This document shows positions 10,847-21,673 of a stretch of 64,000 nucleotides of DNA, piece after piece. Numbering within the stretch: position 1 is the stretch's first letter; each line of letters begins with the position of its first letter. Source of the stretch: Planctomycetota bacterium (GTDB lineage: Bacteria; Planctomycetota; UBA8108; SXIK01). Below the pieces are notes generated by a model that saw only the letters and a list, made by a program, of their open reading frames with translations, did not search any database and was not told the origin of the DNA. A program made the translations under genes and the position numbers. Where the stretch lies: assembly GCA_965223845.1 (NCBI GenBank), contig CBDCXR010000004.1, positions 2,016,001 through 2,080,000 of the forward strand. The letters run 5' to 3'.

Positions 10847-12754
10847 ATGAGCAAAGCGACGATCGCCGCCGCGGTGTCGGTGCTCACGCTCACGCTGATC
10901 ACACTGCTAGCGCTCGACTGGCTGAACGGGGAGACCGATCAGCCCGCCTCCGAAGTTGACGGCGAACGTACGGCGACAACGAACGACGAAGGCGCGCCGG
11001 AGAGTGGTTCGCCGAGCGACGTCGAGTCGATTCCCGCGATCGGCGCCGCGAAGGAAGTGACGCGGCGACTCGACGCGGAGGGGAGCTCGACGAACGAGCC
11101 ACCGATCACGGAGATCGCTTCGGGGAAGTGCACGCTCACGGTGACGGTGGTCCGCGAAGACGGAACGCCCGCCGCCGGAACGATCGCCCGCCTCCTCCTC
11201 GGCCGGGCCGCGCGCTTCGTCGCTGTCGACGCGGGTGGAGTCGCGGTCTTCGCGGACATCGCAGCGGGGACGTACTCACTCGAGCTCGCGGCGGAAGACG
11301 CTCCCGTCCTCGAGCTCACGCGGGCGCTCGCCATCGCCGATGGCGCCGCGATCGAGCTCGATCTCGTTCTTCCCCGCTTCGATCTCGGCATCACGGGACG
11401 CGTCGTCGACGAGGCGGGAGCGACGGTAGCGGGGATTTCGATCGAGGCTCGACGCCAAAACCGGAACCGCCGGGAAGACGAGCTCGCCCCGACTCGATCG
11501 CAAGTCGGTCGTGCCGTGTCGGGGGAGGACGGAGCGTTCGCCATCGAAGGTCTTCGCGCCGGCGACTACACCCTCTCGACGAAACCGACGGACGTCTACG
11601 GACGCTCGGTCACCGTTCTCCGCGCGGGCATCGCCTCGGCCGAGCTCCGCGTGGGGAAACGCGTCGAGCTGACGATTCGAGGAGTCGTCGTCGACGAGAA
11701 TCGACTGCCGGTGGAAGGGGCGACCGTCCGCCCGCGCGGACTCATCGGCGGCGCGGCACCAACGGACGAGGAGGGACGATTCGAGCTCGAAGTCGAAGCT
11801 GCGCGCGGCGAAAGCGTCGGCGCCGTCGAAGTGACCGCAGACGGTTTTCAATCTGAGCGGGTCCACATCCCGGTCGGTCGCAATGCGAACGCGTCGAACG
11901 AATCTGGGGAGGACGTTCGCTCTGTCGAGGTCGTGCTCAGCGCTCTCGGGGAGACGACGACCGTCATCGGTTGGCTCTACGGACCCGAGGGCGAGCCGGT
12001 GAGCGGTGAGACCGTTTTTCTCTATTCGCCATCGCGAACCGCGAACTACCAAGCGTCCTCGAACGCCGACGGTCGCTTTCGGATCGACGCGGTCGAAATC
12101 GCGAACGACTATCGACTCTGGGTGTATCCGAAATCGCGCTACGCCGACCATCGCCTCGATCCCGTCGCCATCACCGGGGACGACACGACCATCGAGGTCG
12201 AGCTCCGTACGGCGCCCGTCGGCCGCGTCACCGGTTTTCTCATCGATCCGTCCGGCGCGCCGATCGGGGATTTTTCGCTCTGGGTCCGAAGCATGACGGC
12301 GCAGGGCGTCGCGGTCTCGATTCGATCCGGCCCCGATGGCCGCTTCGAGGCGAACGATGTTCCAGCCGGCGATCTCCTCTTTGAAACGCGCTCCGTACCG
12401 TTTTTTCGCGTGAAGGGATACCGTCTCGATCCGAATGGCGAAGTCGACGTACGCCTCCCCATCGACTGGGGCGCATCCGATCTGAGCGGTACCGTCACCG
12501 ACACGGAGGGAGCTCCGCTCGCCGCAGCGAAGGTCCAGCTTCACTGGAGCCACGATTCCGAGGGCGGGATCCGGTCGACGTCCTACCGCACGGCGCACAG
12601 CGATGCCGAGGGTAGGTTCATATTCCGTGAGCTCGGAACGGGCGTCCACCGCCTCACCGTGGCCGCGGACGGCTACCGCTCCGCGCAGCTCACTCATATC
12701 GTGGGTGAGAACGCCTCGCCGCCGACGGTGCGACTTCACGCGAAGGCACGCTGA
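10847..12754 (+). CDS. Membrane-anchored protein with tandem carboxypeptidase-regulatory-like (transthyretin-like) domains
   Basis: N-terminal TM, then ~6 repeats of 'I.G.V.D..G.P..GA.V.......T...G.F.......G.Y.L'. GGAGG SD upstream. Confidence 0.8.
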   Translation: MSKATIAAAVSVLTLTLITLLALDWLNGETDQPASEVDGERTATTNDEGAPESGSPSDVESIPAIGAAKEVTRRLDAEGSSTNEPPITEIASGKCTLTVTVVREDGTPAAGTIARLLLGRAARFVAVDAGGVAVFADIAAGTYSLELAAEDAPVLELTRALAIADGAAIELDLVLPRFDLGITGRVVDEAGATVAGISIEARRQNRNRREDELAPTRSQVGRAVSGEDGAFAIEGLRAGDYTLSTKPTDVYGRSVTVLRAGIASAELRVGKRVELTIRGVVVDENRLPVEGATVRPRGLIGGAAPTDEEGRFELEVEAARGESVGAVEVTADGFQSERVHIPVGRNANASNESGEDVRSVEVVLSALGETTTVIGWLYGPEGEPVSGETVFLYSPSRTANYQASSNADGRFRIDAVEIANDYRLWVYPKSRYADHRLDPVAITGDDTTIEVELRTAPVGRVTGFLIDPSGAPIGDFSLWVRSMTAQGVAVSIRSGPDGRFEANDVPAGDLLFETRSVPFFRVKGYRLDPNGEVDVRLPIDWGASDLSGTVTDTEGAPLAAAKVQLHWSHDSEGGIRSTSYRTAHSDAEGRFIFRELGTGVHRLTVAADGYRSAQLTHIVGENASPPTVRLHAKAR

Positions 12755-12762
12755 GAGCGAGT

Positions 12763-13479
12763 TCAGCGGCCGTGGCGCTCGTTGTGCCGGCGATAGCGGC
12801 GCGCTTTTCGTGCGGCGGAGCGAACGAGTCGCCGTCTCTCCTCTCGCGACAAACCCGCGGCAGACGCGTAGCGTGCGAGAAACGCCCGAAGCGAGGAGCG
12901 AGGAAGTCCTTCGTACGCCGCGGAGTCGCCGAGAGACGCGAGATCCTTGACGATCCAGCGACGCCGGCGGAACGACCGCACTCGACCGACGTCGATCAGC
13001 CGGAGATCACCACCATCGACCAAAACGTGGTACACGTTGAGGTCGCGATGACAGATCCCCGCCCGATGAAGTCGCGCGACGCGTTCGGCGAGCTGAGCCG
13101 CTAGCGCGGCCGCCGACGCTTCGGAGCCCCCGCGCAGTGGCCACTCCGCCGCAGGAAACCCGGGCGCGTGACGAAGAACGATGAAGCTCCCGCGCGCATG
13201 CCGCCCCCAACCGACGGGATCGACCGTTTCGATTCCGAGCTCGGCGATGCGCCGCGCGTTCGTCCATTCGCGCGCCGCCGGCGCGAGTCGCCGCGAGTGA
13301 AAGAACCACTTGAGGTGATAGGCGCCGGTTCGCTCCCAGACCGCATTCCAGTGGGAACGCCTGCGCTGCGTGACGTTCCAGTCGGTAAGACTCTCGTCGA
13401 GCGGAGGAGCGTCGCTCTCTCGTTCGATCCAATCGATCACGCACGCGGCCCTCCGGTGCCGCGCGAGCTCCCTACTCAA
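12763..13479 (-). CDS. Lipopolysaccharide kinase (Kdo/WaaP/InaA) family protein
   Basis: 'AREW', 'LHRAGICHRDLNVYHVL', 'LIDVGR', 'KDLASL'. Probable TTG start at 13479 overlaps the upstream stop (the ORF track extends it to 13674). Confidence 0.8.
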   Translation of the reverse strand: MSRELARHRRAACVIDWIERESDAPPLDESLTDWNVTQRRRSHWNAVWERTGAYHLKWFFHSRRLAPAAREWTNARRIAELGIETVDPVGWGRHARGSFIVLRHAPGFPAAEWPLRGGSEASAAALAAQLAERVARLHRAGICHRDLNVYHVLVDGGDLRLIDVGRVRSFRRRRWIVKDLASLGDSAAYEGLPRSSLRAFLARYASAAGLSREERRRLVRSAARKARRYRRHNERHGR

Positions 13480-15827
13480 AACGACAGCCAAGCCGATTCG
13501 AGATCGGAAAGCTCGCTCGAGATGGTCGCTGCGCGCTCGTTCGATCCGACGCGCGCGAGCGCGCGCAACGCCTCGATTCGAAAGTAGACATCGGTCGCAG
13601 CGGAGCGCAATTCGGCTGATAAAGAAAGCGCGGGCACCGAGCTCGGCGCCGCCCAGCGCGCGACGCTCGCCCACCGCAGCGCCTCTCGTCGTTCGCCGAT
13701 TGCCGCGTAGAGGCGCGCGAGCTCGAGATACGCCAGCGCGGTTCCCGGCCAGACGGACTGGGCGACGCGCCTCCGCGCATCGCGAATCTTCGCGCGAATC
13801 GGTGGCGCGCTCTCCACCGCCGAGGTGGACGCCGCGCGATCCGGTGAAGCGACCTCTCCAGCGCGCTGCGCGAGCGCCAGACGCGCGCGATGGAAGACCT
13901 CCGCCGCGCGATCCGATTCGGGCACGCTTCGCAGGAGCCCGGCCGCCTCGGCGCGCGCTGCGTCGCCCTCTCCCCCGGCGGCGAGCGCCCAGGCGAGCCA
14001 GAGATCACCGCGCCACGACGCCCAACGCTTATCGCCCGCACTCACTCGCCGGAGCGCTGCGAGCGCCCCGCGCGGATCTCCGGCCAGGAGAAGCGCGCGC
14101 CCGAGCGTGAACGCCGCCTCCCCGTCCGGCTGGTCGATGGTCGCGAGGACGGCCGCGGCATCCGCCGGCCGGAGATCAACGAGGAGGGCGCGCGCTAGGC
14201 GTTCCTTCCAGACGACTCGCCCGGGTTGCGCCGATGCGATGTCGTTCAGGGTGTCGACGCCTCGCGCCCCTCCACGCGCGATCTCGCCGAGGGCTCGGCG
14301 CGCGCTCACGTCGAGGTGCTCTGCTCCGACGAGCGCGGCCGCGTGGTCGAGAACTCGCCTCGCGTCCGCGACGCGAAGAGCGTCGAGATACAGATCAGCG
14401 AGCGCGAATACCGCGCGTGGATCTCGCTTGAGGGAAGCCGACCGGAGCGTCGACTCGGCTCGCTCGAAATCGAGCCGGAGCGCGTAGCCACGCGAGCGGC
14501 TGACCGCGGCGCTCCCGATCGCACCCGTCGCCTCGAGCTCGAGGCCCCGCCGAATTTCGCGCTCGCTCGCGGCGAGAGACTCGGCTTGAGCGAACATCGC
14601 GCGCGCGTCGTCCGTCCGGCCGAGCCGTGCGAGGCACAAGCCGAGCTGATAATACGCGCGCTCGAAGTACGGATCCTCGGCGAGCAGCCGTGCGAAGCGC
14701 CGAGCCGCCGCGCTCCACTCGCGCTGCTTCGATCGCGCGAGCCCGAGGGCAAACCACACCTCCGATCGATTCGCGCTCTCGTTCTCGACGGCCTCGAGAA
14801 GCGGAATCGCCTCGTCGTACCGGCCGAGCTCGACGAGCGCGACACCCTCGGCCATCCTCGCCTCCCCGAGCGCCGGATCTCGCTCGCGAAAGTAGCGCGC
14901 GACCTCCGCGAGGCGCGGATAGGCACGGAAGCGGTGGAGGACCTTGATCGAATTGCCGAGAAACGCTCGCCCCTCGGGGTGCTCCCACGTGAGGGGGGAT
15001 GGGAACGCGAGCAGACGGAGCCCCTCCTCGACGGCCTGAAGCGCGATCGCGCGCGCGCCGCCACGGAAGCTGGTCTCCGCCAGCCAGTACCTCGGCTCGA
15101 GCCACCGCGGAAACTCGTCCGCGAGCGAACGGAGGGCGTCCCCGGCGTCTCTCCAACGCTGAAGTTCGTAGAGCACCTTCGCGCGAAGGAGTCGGTGCTC
15201 GACGTCCTTCGGAAACGCCCGAAGCCACCCCTCGAGGCGACCGAGGACGCGGCGATGGTCGCCCGCGTCCAGCGCGCTCGCGAGGCTCTCGAGATGGTAC
15301 GGGCCGAGCTCGCGGACGAGGAGACCGCGCCGTTCGGCGTCCGCGAGCGCACGCGCGAGTTCCGCGTCGGCCTGCGTCCGCTCTCGAGTGTCGCGGGCCC
15401 GGTCTCGCCGCTCCCGCGCGGATGCGAACGCCGACGCAACGGCCTCCACCACCTCCGGCGGCGCCCCCTCCGGCCACGGAATCGAGCCGATCGGAACGAC
15501 GTCGCGTAGGGGCGAGGTCGCGGTCGGCCGCGCCGGCACGGGCCGGGGCGTCGCGCGGGGATCCGAGTCGCGCGGAGAACACGCGACCTCGAAGAAGATG
15601 AGTCCGGCGAGCGCGGCGACGAGCCGTGAGGAGCGTCCCGGCGTGCCGGACGCCGAACGGCCCCCGAAGCGACACCGGACCCGCGGCGCGTATCGCTCTC
15701 GCTCGGCGAACGGTAGGTCGCGAGCCTCGATCAGCACGCGGGCTCGAACGCGGCGCGGACGAATCGCCCTTCGCCACCGTTCCTCGCCGTTCGCAGCGCA
15801 GCCCGAGTTGACCCGGAAATCCCGCAC
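13476..15827 (-). CDS. TPR-repeat (lipo)protein
   Basis: Hydrophobic segment ending 'IFFEVAC' and TPR motifs such as 'VWFALGLARSK' and 'AYYQLGLCLARLG'. Start uncertain (GTG 15827 or later). Confidence 0.7.
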   Translation of the reverse strand: MRDFRVNSGCAANGEERWRRAIRPRRVRARVLIEARDLPFAERERYAPRVRCRFGGRSASGTPGRSSRLVAALAGLIFFEVACSPRDSDPRATPRPVPARPTATSPLRDVVPIGSIPWPEGAPPEVVEAVASAFASARERRDRARDTRERTQADAELARALADAERRGLLVRELGPYHLESLASALDAGDHRRVLGRLEGWLRAFPKDVEHRLLRAKVLYELQRWRDAGDALRSLADEFPRWLEPRYWLAETSFRGGARAIALQAVEEGLRLLAFPSPLTWEHPEGRAFLGNSIKVLHRFRAYPRLAEVARYFRERDPALGEARMAEGVALVELGRYDEAIPLLEAVENESANRSEVWFALGLARSKQREWSAAARRFARLLAEDPYFERAYYQLGLCLARLGRTDDARAMFAQAESLAASEREIRRGLELEATGAIGSAAVSRSRGYALRLDFERAESTLRSASLKRDPRAVFALADLYLDALRVADARRVLDHAAALVGAEHLDVSARRALGEIARGGARGVDTLNDIASAQPGRVVWKERLARALLVDLRPADAAAVLATIDQPDGEAAFTLGRALLLAGDPRGALAALRRVSAGDKRWASWRGDLWLAWALAAGGEGDAARAEAAGLLRSVPESDRAAEVFHRARLALAQRAGEVASPDRAASTSAVESAPPIRAKIRDARRRVAQSVWPGTALAYLELARLYAAIGERREALRWASVARWAAPSSVPALSLSAELRSAATDVYFRIEALRALARVGSNERAATISSELSDLESAWLSF

Positions 15828-15843
15828 GCCGATCGCGCCTCCC

Positions 15844-17538
15844 TCAGGGCGACTCCGCTCGACCGCGTCCTTCGTGGAGAACGTGCACCGAGCGCGCGGC
15901 AAAGCTCCCGAACGACTCCGTCTTCCCATTCGGCCACCGGACTCGCACGCGGTCGACTTTCTCCACCGTCCCGAGACCGAAGTGGAGACGCAGCGAGTTC
16001 TGCGACAGATAGCTCGCCCCGGCGCGCACGGTGTCCGAAGCTCTGAGCTCGCCCGCTTCGATCGAAACCCGCGCGCCTATGGCGTGGCGATTCTTCACGC
16101 CGCGAAGCTCGAGGAGAATCCACGCACCGCGATTCCCGCCGTCATTGATGAGAACGCTCGGCCGTTCCCGCGAATTGCAGACGACGATGTCGAGATCGCC
16201 GTCGCCGTCGAGGTCACCGAACGCAGCGCCGCGACTCGAGCGGAGCTCTCGTAACCCCGGGCCCGCGGTGTCGGTGACCTCCTGCATCGATCCGTCCCCT
16301 CGATTCTCGAACAACTGGTTCTGTTGCCGATACGTGGACGACTGATCGTACCGATCGATCTGGTCTTCGAGGTGTCCGTTCGCGATGAAGAGATCGAGAT
16401 CCCCATCGTGATCGAAGTCAAAGAACTTCGTTCCCCAGCTCACCATCGGGAGACAGGTCTCGCCGAGACCTCGGCCCATCCCGGAATCGACGTAAAACCG
16501 ATCGCTCTCGTGCAGGTAGAACGCGTTCAATTGTTTTTGGTAGTTGGTGACGAAGACGTCCTCGAACCCGTCGCCGTCGACATCGCGGACGTCGACGCCC
16601 ATGCTGCCCTGTTCATCTCCGTTCACGCTGAGCGCCATGCCCCACTCGAGCCCCACGTTCTCGAACGTGCCGTCCCGTCGATTTCGCCACAGGAAGTTCT
16701 CGCTCCCGTCGTTCGCTACGTAGAGGTCGGGCCAGCCGTCGTCGTCGAAATCGGCGATGGTGACGCCCATACCTCGGCCGCTCGCGACGGCCGAGATGCC
16801 GGCCGCCTCCGTCACGTCCTCGAAGGTTCCATCCCCTCGATTGCGAAAGAGCGAATCGCCGGCAGGGGCGTACTGCGCCGGAGCGCAGTAACCGGGAACG
16901 CCGTTGTTGAGGCAAGGCTTCGCGCTGGCGAAATCCTGGACGCAGTAATTCGTCACGTAGAGATCGAGATCGCCGTCTCGGTCCATGTCGAAGAAGGTCG
17001 CGCCGGCGCTGAAGCGCGCGTCGTCGGCGCCCGCAGCGGCGGGGAGCGGGGAAAACGAGTAGCCCGCGTCGGCACCATCGTTGCGGTAGAGGACGTTGCT
17101 CCCGTACTGGCACACATATAGGTCGAGATCGCCGTCGCCGTCGATGTCACCGGCCACTGCGCCCGAAGCGAATCCCGTTCCCGGAACACCCCGCAGCTCG
17201 GTGACGTCGCGGAATCGACCGCGTCCGTCGTTTTCGTAGAGCGCGTTCCGCGCGCTCGAGTCTGTGGAGGGGGCGGGAGGGAGGGGACGGCCGTTCGGGA
17301 AGTAGAGATCGAGATCGCCGTCGCCGTCGAAGTCGAAGAGAACGACTCCCGAGGCGAGTGTCTCCACGATGTAGTAGCGCCCGGAGCTGCCGTCGGTGTG
17401 CTGCAGATCGACTCCGCGCGCTGCGCCCTCCTCGCGAAAGAGGACCTTGTCCGCGCTGCCGCCGGAACGATCGCCCGTGCAGGCAGTGGTGACGAGTGCG
17501 GCGGCCCACGCGAGAGTGGGAATCCGAAGGATCTTCAT
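15844..17538 (-). CDS. CRTAC1-like FG-GAP repeat / ASPIC-UnbV lipoprotein
   Basis: Lipobox 'VTTAC'. Repeated 'DFDGDGDLDLY' FG-GAP motifs. C-terminal ASPIC/UnbV 'GASYLSQNSLRLHFGLG...VRWPNG'. Confidence 0.92.
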   Translation of the reverse strand: MKILRIPTLAWAAALVTTACTGDRSGGSADKVLFREEGAARGVDLQHTDGSSGRYYIVETLASGVVLFDFDGDGDLDLYFPNGRPLPPAPSTDSSARNALYENDGRGRFRDVTELRGVPGTGFASGAVAGDIDGDGDLDLYVCQYGSNVLYRNDGADAGYSFSPLPAAAGADDARFSAGATFFDMDRDGDLDLYVTNYCVQDFASAKPCLNNGVPGYCAPAQYAPAGDSLFRNRGDGTFEDVTEAAGISAVASGRGMGVTIADFDDDGWPDLYVANDGSENFLWRNRRDGTFENVGLEWGMALSVNGDEQGSMGVDVRDVDGDGFEDVFVTNYQKQLNAFYLHESDRFYVDSGMGRGLGETCLPMVSWGTKFFDFDHDGDLDLFIANGHLEDQIDRYDQSSTYRQQNQLFENRGDGSMQEVTDTAGPGLRELRSSRGAAFGDLDGDGDLDIVVCNSRERPSVLINDGGNRGAWILLELRGVKNRHAIGARVSIEAGELRASDTVRAGASYLSQNSLRLHFGLGTVEKVDRVRVRWPNGKTESFGSFAARSVHVLHEGRGRAESP

Positions 17539-18932
17539 CGCGTCCCTCCCCCGTAGCGCCGGCGAAACTCGGCCAGGCGGAACTTCAACATCTCCGAAGC
17601 GGGATGGCGTGCGACCCCGTCGGCGAGAGTTTTCTCGGCGAGGTCCGGCCGCCTAGTGCGAACGTAGGCGAGCGCGAGAACATCGAAGTACTTCTCTTCC
17701 GGAGAAATCTTCACCGCGCGCTCGGCGTGCTCCAGCGCGAGGTTCACGCGCCCGTCGTTCGGCAGATCGAAAAAGAGGACCCGCGCGATTTGAAAGTGTG
17801 CCTCGTGGAAGTTCGGAGAACGCCGCACCGCCTCGAGGAGGAGATCGAGCGCACTCTGTACTCGCCGCGGCGCGTCATCGCCCGCCCGCGCGAGCTCGAG
17901 CTCGAGGAGGGCCGAGCGATAGGGCCAGGTGCCGTCATCCGGGAGTTTCTCCGCCGCGCGAGTCGTCACGGCGAGCGCGTCGGTGAGTCGCCGGTCACGG
18001 TGGAGCATCGCGCTCAGCATCTCCCAGACTTCCGGATCGGATTCGTCGAGTGCAAGCGCTTCGCGGAGAGCAGCGTGCGCGTGTCGAGTGAATTCCCCGG
18101 CGAGCGCCGCGTCGCGTGTCGCCCCGGCTTCGCCGAGAAAGAGATCCGCCGCGTCGCGCCACGTCGCCGCAGCGGCGCGAAGACGCGTCGGGCGATCGTC
18201 CTTCACGGCGGGCGCCTCGCTCACCGCGCGGTAATCTTCGTCCTTGATGGAGCGAAACTCGGTCATCGCCTTCTCGGCCTCCTCCGTTCGTCCGAGCACT
18301 CGGAGGCTGCGGGCGAGGCCGTAGTGGGCGCTGCGCATCGCGGAGTCCTCGGCGATCGCCTTTCGGTACGCCGAGACGGCCTTCTCGTGGTCGCCGAGAC
18401 TCCCGTACGCCTGCCCGAGCGAGTAGAAGGTTTCGGGATTGGCCGACTCGTTTCGCTCCTCCTCTTCGAAGATCCGAACCGCATCGAGCGCTCGATCTTG
18501 GTGAAGCAGAATCAGTCCGATGCGCGTTCGGATTCCGCCCATGCGCGGCGCGACGCGGAGAGCCTGCTCGTACGCAGCCACCGCTTCGTTCATTTGGTTC
18601 TTTCGCTGCGAAAGTAGAAACCCGATTTTCCGGTAGGCGATGGCGAGTCCTGGGTCCCGCTCGACCGCCTCGCGGAACGCGAGGAGCGCCTCCTCCTCGA
18701 TCCCGAACCGCTCGTGGACGAGTCCGAAGTGGTACCGGGATCGCGGCGTTTCGCCCACACGCAGCGCAGCCTTTGTAGCCACCGCGAGGGAGTAGACGTA
18801 GAGATCGTCCTTGGGCGGCAGCGGGTCGTCGACGCTGGGGCCGCAGCCGAGGGGAACCGAGAGGATGAGACCGGCGACGAGCGCGCGGCTGCGGCTTCGA
18901 CGCCGAGAGCGGTGGGGGAGCCGGGGATTCAT
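17535..18932 (-). CDS. TPR-repeat lipoprotein
   Basis: ATG at 18932 (ATGA overlap), lipobox-like 'VPLGC', multiple TPRs. Confidence 0.82.
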   Translation of the reverse strand: MNPRLPHRSRRRSRSRALVAGLILSVPLGCGPSVDDPLPPKDDLYVYSLAVATKAALRVGETPRSRYHFGLVHERFGIEEEALLAFREAVERDPGLAIAYRKIGFLLSQRKNQMNEAVAAYEQALRVAPRMGGIRTRIGLILLHQDRALDAVRIFEEEERNESANPETFYSLGQAYGSLGDHEKAVSAYRKAIAEDSAMRSAHYGLARSLRVLGRTEEAEKAMTEFRSIKDEDYRAVSEAPAVKDDRPTRLRAAAATWRDAADLFLGEAGATRDAALAGEFTRHAHAALREALALDESDPEVWEMLSAMLHRDRRLTDALAVTTRAAEKLPDDGTWPYRSALLELELARAGDDAPRRVQSALDLLLEAVRRSPNFHEAHFQIARVLFFDLPNDGRVNLALEHAERAVKISPEEKYFDVLALAYVRTRRPDLAEKTLADGVARHPASEMLKFRLAEFRRRYGGGTR

Positions 18933-21193
18933 GCTTCTCGTTCCGCGTGCAGCTCCGTTTCCTCGACCGCCGCCGACGGTTCCAAGCCTCGAAAGAAGCG
19001 CCACGTCGAGAATGCCGTGACGAGAAAGACGAGTCCCGCTACCGCGAAAAAATGCCGGAATCCGAACGCGATCGGAAGAAAAAACGAGCAGGTTGAACCG
19101 AGTCCAGCCCCGATCGCATCGAAAGCGAACACCGCGAGCGGATTCCGCGCCGATCGCTCGAACAGCGCCGGAAAGAAACTACCGGTGACGAAAGCGACCG
19201 GCGAGACCAAGACGATCATCGCGGTGGGGGACAGCGACTCTTGCGCGAAGTGAATCCCTACGACGAGCGCGCAGGCGAGAAGCTGAAGCGGAACGCGGAG
19301 GCGAGGCGCGATGACGACGCTGCCGAGACCCGACACGACGAGGAAGCTGATCGCGCCGAGGACGAGCGCGTCGTGGAACACGTAGAGCTTCTTGAAGAGC
19401 GCGAGAATGAGGTAGTGCTCGAAGAGGACGAAGTTCGCCCCGATCAAGAAGCTCAGCACGGCGACTTGCGCGTAGCTGCGCCCCGCAATGCGCGGATCTC
19501 CACTGCGCCGGAGTCCCCACGCGAGCAGCGCCCCGATCACGAGCAGCGTCCCGCACGCGATGGCGAACAGCGAGTAAAGCTGCTCCATGCTGAAGATGTG
19601 GCGAACGTTTCCGGCGAGAAAGGGCTGCTCGTCGGTGATCGGCCGGAACTCCGGATCCGCGACGACGACGAGCTCTTGCACCCGCGTGTTTCGATCGGGT
19701 GGAAGGACGCCCGACTCCGCCCGGAGGTAGGATTCGAGATCTTCGGCGGTGGGGAGCGGGGTCGAATCACTCTTTGCCGCGAGGATGAGATACTCTCCGG
19801 GAGGGGAACCGAACGCGCGGTACGCTCTCGCCCGCAGCCCGAGACCTTGATCGCCGAGCGAACGCACGTACTGGCGCGTCAGGATCTCCTTCGGGTCGAG
19901 TCCACTCGGATACCAGATCGCGAGGATCCCCTGGTCCGTCAGACGATCTCGCAGTGTGCGGTAGGCGTCGATCGTCCGAATCATGTTTCCGGGCTCGAGC
20001 ATCATCTGCGGATACCCGCCGACGCTGGGGAGGAAGATGAGATCGAACTGCTCTTCGGTCGACTCCATGAAGCCCCGCGCCTCACCGCGATGGAGCTCCA
20101 CGTTCTCTCCCCCGCCGTAGACGTCGTCGAACGCGGACGCCAGCCCGCCTTCGGTCACCCCCTCGATCACCGCCGGCTCGAGCTCGATCGCACGAATCTT
20201 CCGATAGCGCCGACCGGATCGCTTCGCCCACTGAACTTGCCGTCCGCCACCCGAGCCGATGATCGCAATCGCGCCATCGTCCGGCACGAGCTCGAGGGGA
20301 ACGGCGCCGATCATCCGCGCGTTGAACCCGGTTCCCTGCGAGTACTCCCACTGGAAGAGGTCGTTATAGAATCCGGCCTGCTCGCGGGAGGCGTCGCGTC
20401 GGAGGATTTCCGTGAGGCTGTAGCGCCCCCAACGCTGGAACTTGATCTCGTAGCCACGATCGACGAACTCCTTCGTCGATTGCATGCCGGCGCCCTTGTA
20501 CCAGTCGAGAAACCGCTCCTCGAATCCGAAGGCGGGGATCGTACCGAGAAGGACGAGTAACACGGCTTCGAGGGAGAAGATCCGCCGCGCACGAACCGTC
20601 GGTGCGACGAGCGCCGAGGCCCCGCAGACGAGCGCCACGCTCACGACGAGGATTTGACTGACGCCCACCGCGTGAAAGCGATGTAGCGCCAGCTCCACGC
20701 TCACGTAGGCGGACGCGGCGCCGAAGAGATAGAGCGCGTAGACCGTGCGCATCCGGTGCCGCATCGCTCTCAAGCCGAGCTGGTAGCCCAGGTACTCGCT
20801 CAGGCCGTACATGCAGAAGAAGGGAACAAAGAGCGCGGTGAACGTGCCCATCTGCAGGATCAGCCGGCCGAGCTCGACCTCGAAGAGGTGGGCTCGCAAG
20901 TAATCGAAGTGCTTGCACGAAAGGCTCGCGAAGACGGTGACGATCATCACCGCCTGGAGAAGAACGAGCGACTTTTGAAACGACGCCAAGTCTAGTCGGA
21001 AGTAGCGCGCTCCGAGAAACGCACCCACCGGGAAGCCGACGAAGAGCAAGTCGAAGAAGAGCGACGGCATGATGAAGAACGCGAGCAGCTTCCAGGCAGC
21101 AAGCGTGAAGAGAACCGTCGCGAACGACAGCGAGAAGAGAGCGAGCGTGAGCCGCTTCGGGCTTGGCCCACCAGTCGGGTCGAGAGAGGTCAT
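18929..21193 (-). CDS. Multi-pass membrane protein with a central SAM-dependent (spermidine-synthase-like) domain
   Basis: ~7 N-terminal TMs, Rossmann motifs 'IAIIGSGGG', 'AIELEPAVI', 'EARGFM...FDLIFL', then 'ITDEQPF' and ~6 C-terminal TMs. Confidence 0.8.
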   Translation of the reverse strand: MTSLDPTGGPSPKRLTLALFSLSFATVLFTLAAWKLLAFFIMPSLFFDLLFVGFPVGAFLGARYFRLDLASFQKSLVLLQAVMIVTVFASLSCKHFDYLRAHLFEVELGRLILQMGTFTALFVPFFCMYGLSEYLGYQLGLRAMRHRMRTVYALYLFGAASAYVSVELALHRFHAVGVSQILVVSVALVCGASALVAPTVRARRIFSLEAVLLVLLGTIPAFGFEERFLDWYKGAGMQSTKEFVDRGYEIKFQRWGRYSLTEILRRDASREQAGFYNDLFQWEYSQGTGFNARMIGAVPLELVPDDGAIAIIGSGGGRQVQWAKRSGRRYRKIRAIELEPAVIEGVTEGGLASAFDDVYGGGENVELHRGEARGFMESTEEQFDLIFLPSVGGYPQMMLEPGNMIRTIDAYRTLRDRLTDQGILAIWYPSGLDPKEILTRQYVRSLGDQGLGLRARAYRAFGSPPGEYLILAAKSDSTPLPTAEDLESYLRAESGVLPPDRNTRVQELVVVADPEFRPITDEQPFLAGNVRHIFSMEQLYSLFAIACGTLLVIGALLAWGLRRSGDPRIAGRSYAQVAVLSFLIGANFVLFEHYLILALFKKLYVFHDALVLGAISFLVVSGLGSVVIAPRLRVPLQLLACALVVGIHFAQESLSPTAMIVLVSPVAFVTGSFFPALFERSARNPLAVFAFDAIGAGLGSTCSFFLPIAFGFRHFFAVAGLVFLVTAFSTWRFFRGLEPSAAVEETELHAEREA

Positions 21194-21628
21194 GGCTCCG
21201 TCGGTCCATCCGTTCGCGCCCTAGCGCCGCTTGAACGGATCCTTGGCTTCAGTCTTCGAGTCGAGGGTTGGGTCGTCCACCGGCGGCGGTTGCGCGCCGC
21301 ACTGGCGCGACGAGGAACGCCGCGCCGCGCGCTCTCCCGGCGAGAACCGACCGTGCGGCCTCGTGGGGGTGTTCGCGGTTCCGCCGAGTCGACGTACGAG
21401 AGACCGAACTCGTCGCGGCTCGGTCCCGTCTCTGTATGGGCGACCAGTGGAGCTCGGCGGCGCTTCTCGGCGCTCGCAAGCGCGAGTTGCGGAATCGGTC
21501 GATGGCCACCGGAGCCACGACGGCGGCGGGGGAGAGCGCGGTCACCCGAGCGATTGTACCTCGCGCGCGAGTCGTCTCGAGAGCGCAAAGGACGTGCCAC
21601 CGTTCACTCGCGCGCTCGTGATCTAGAC

Positions 21629-21673
21629 AAAAAAAGAAGCCGGCAGCCCTCAACGGGATACCGGCTTCTTTTT
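21629..21673. terminator. Bidirectional intrinsic terminator (ends the histone-like gene transcript on the minus strand)
   Basis: AAAAAAAGAAGCCGG...CCGGCTTCTTTTT inverted repeat with A and T tracts on both sides. Confidence 0.8.
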
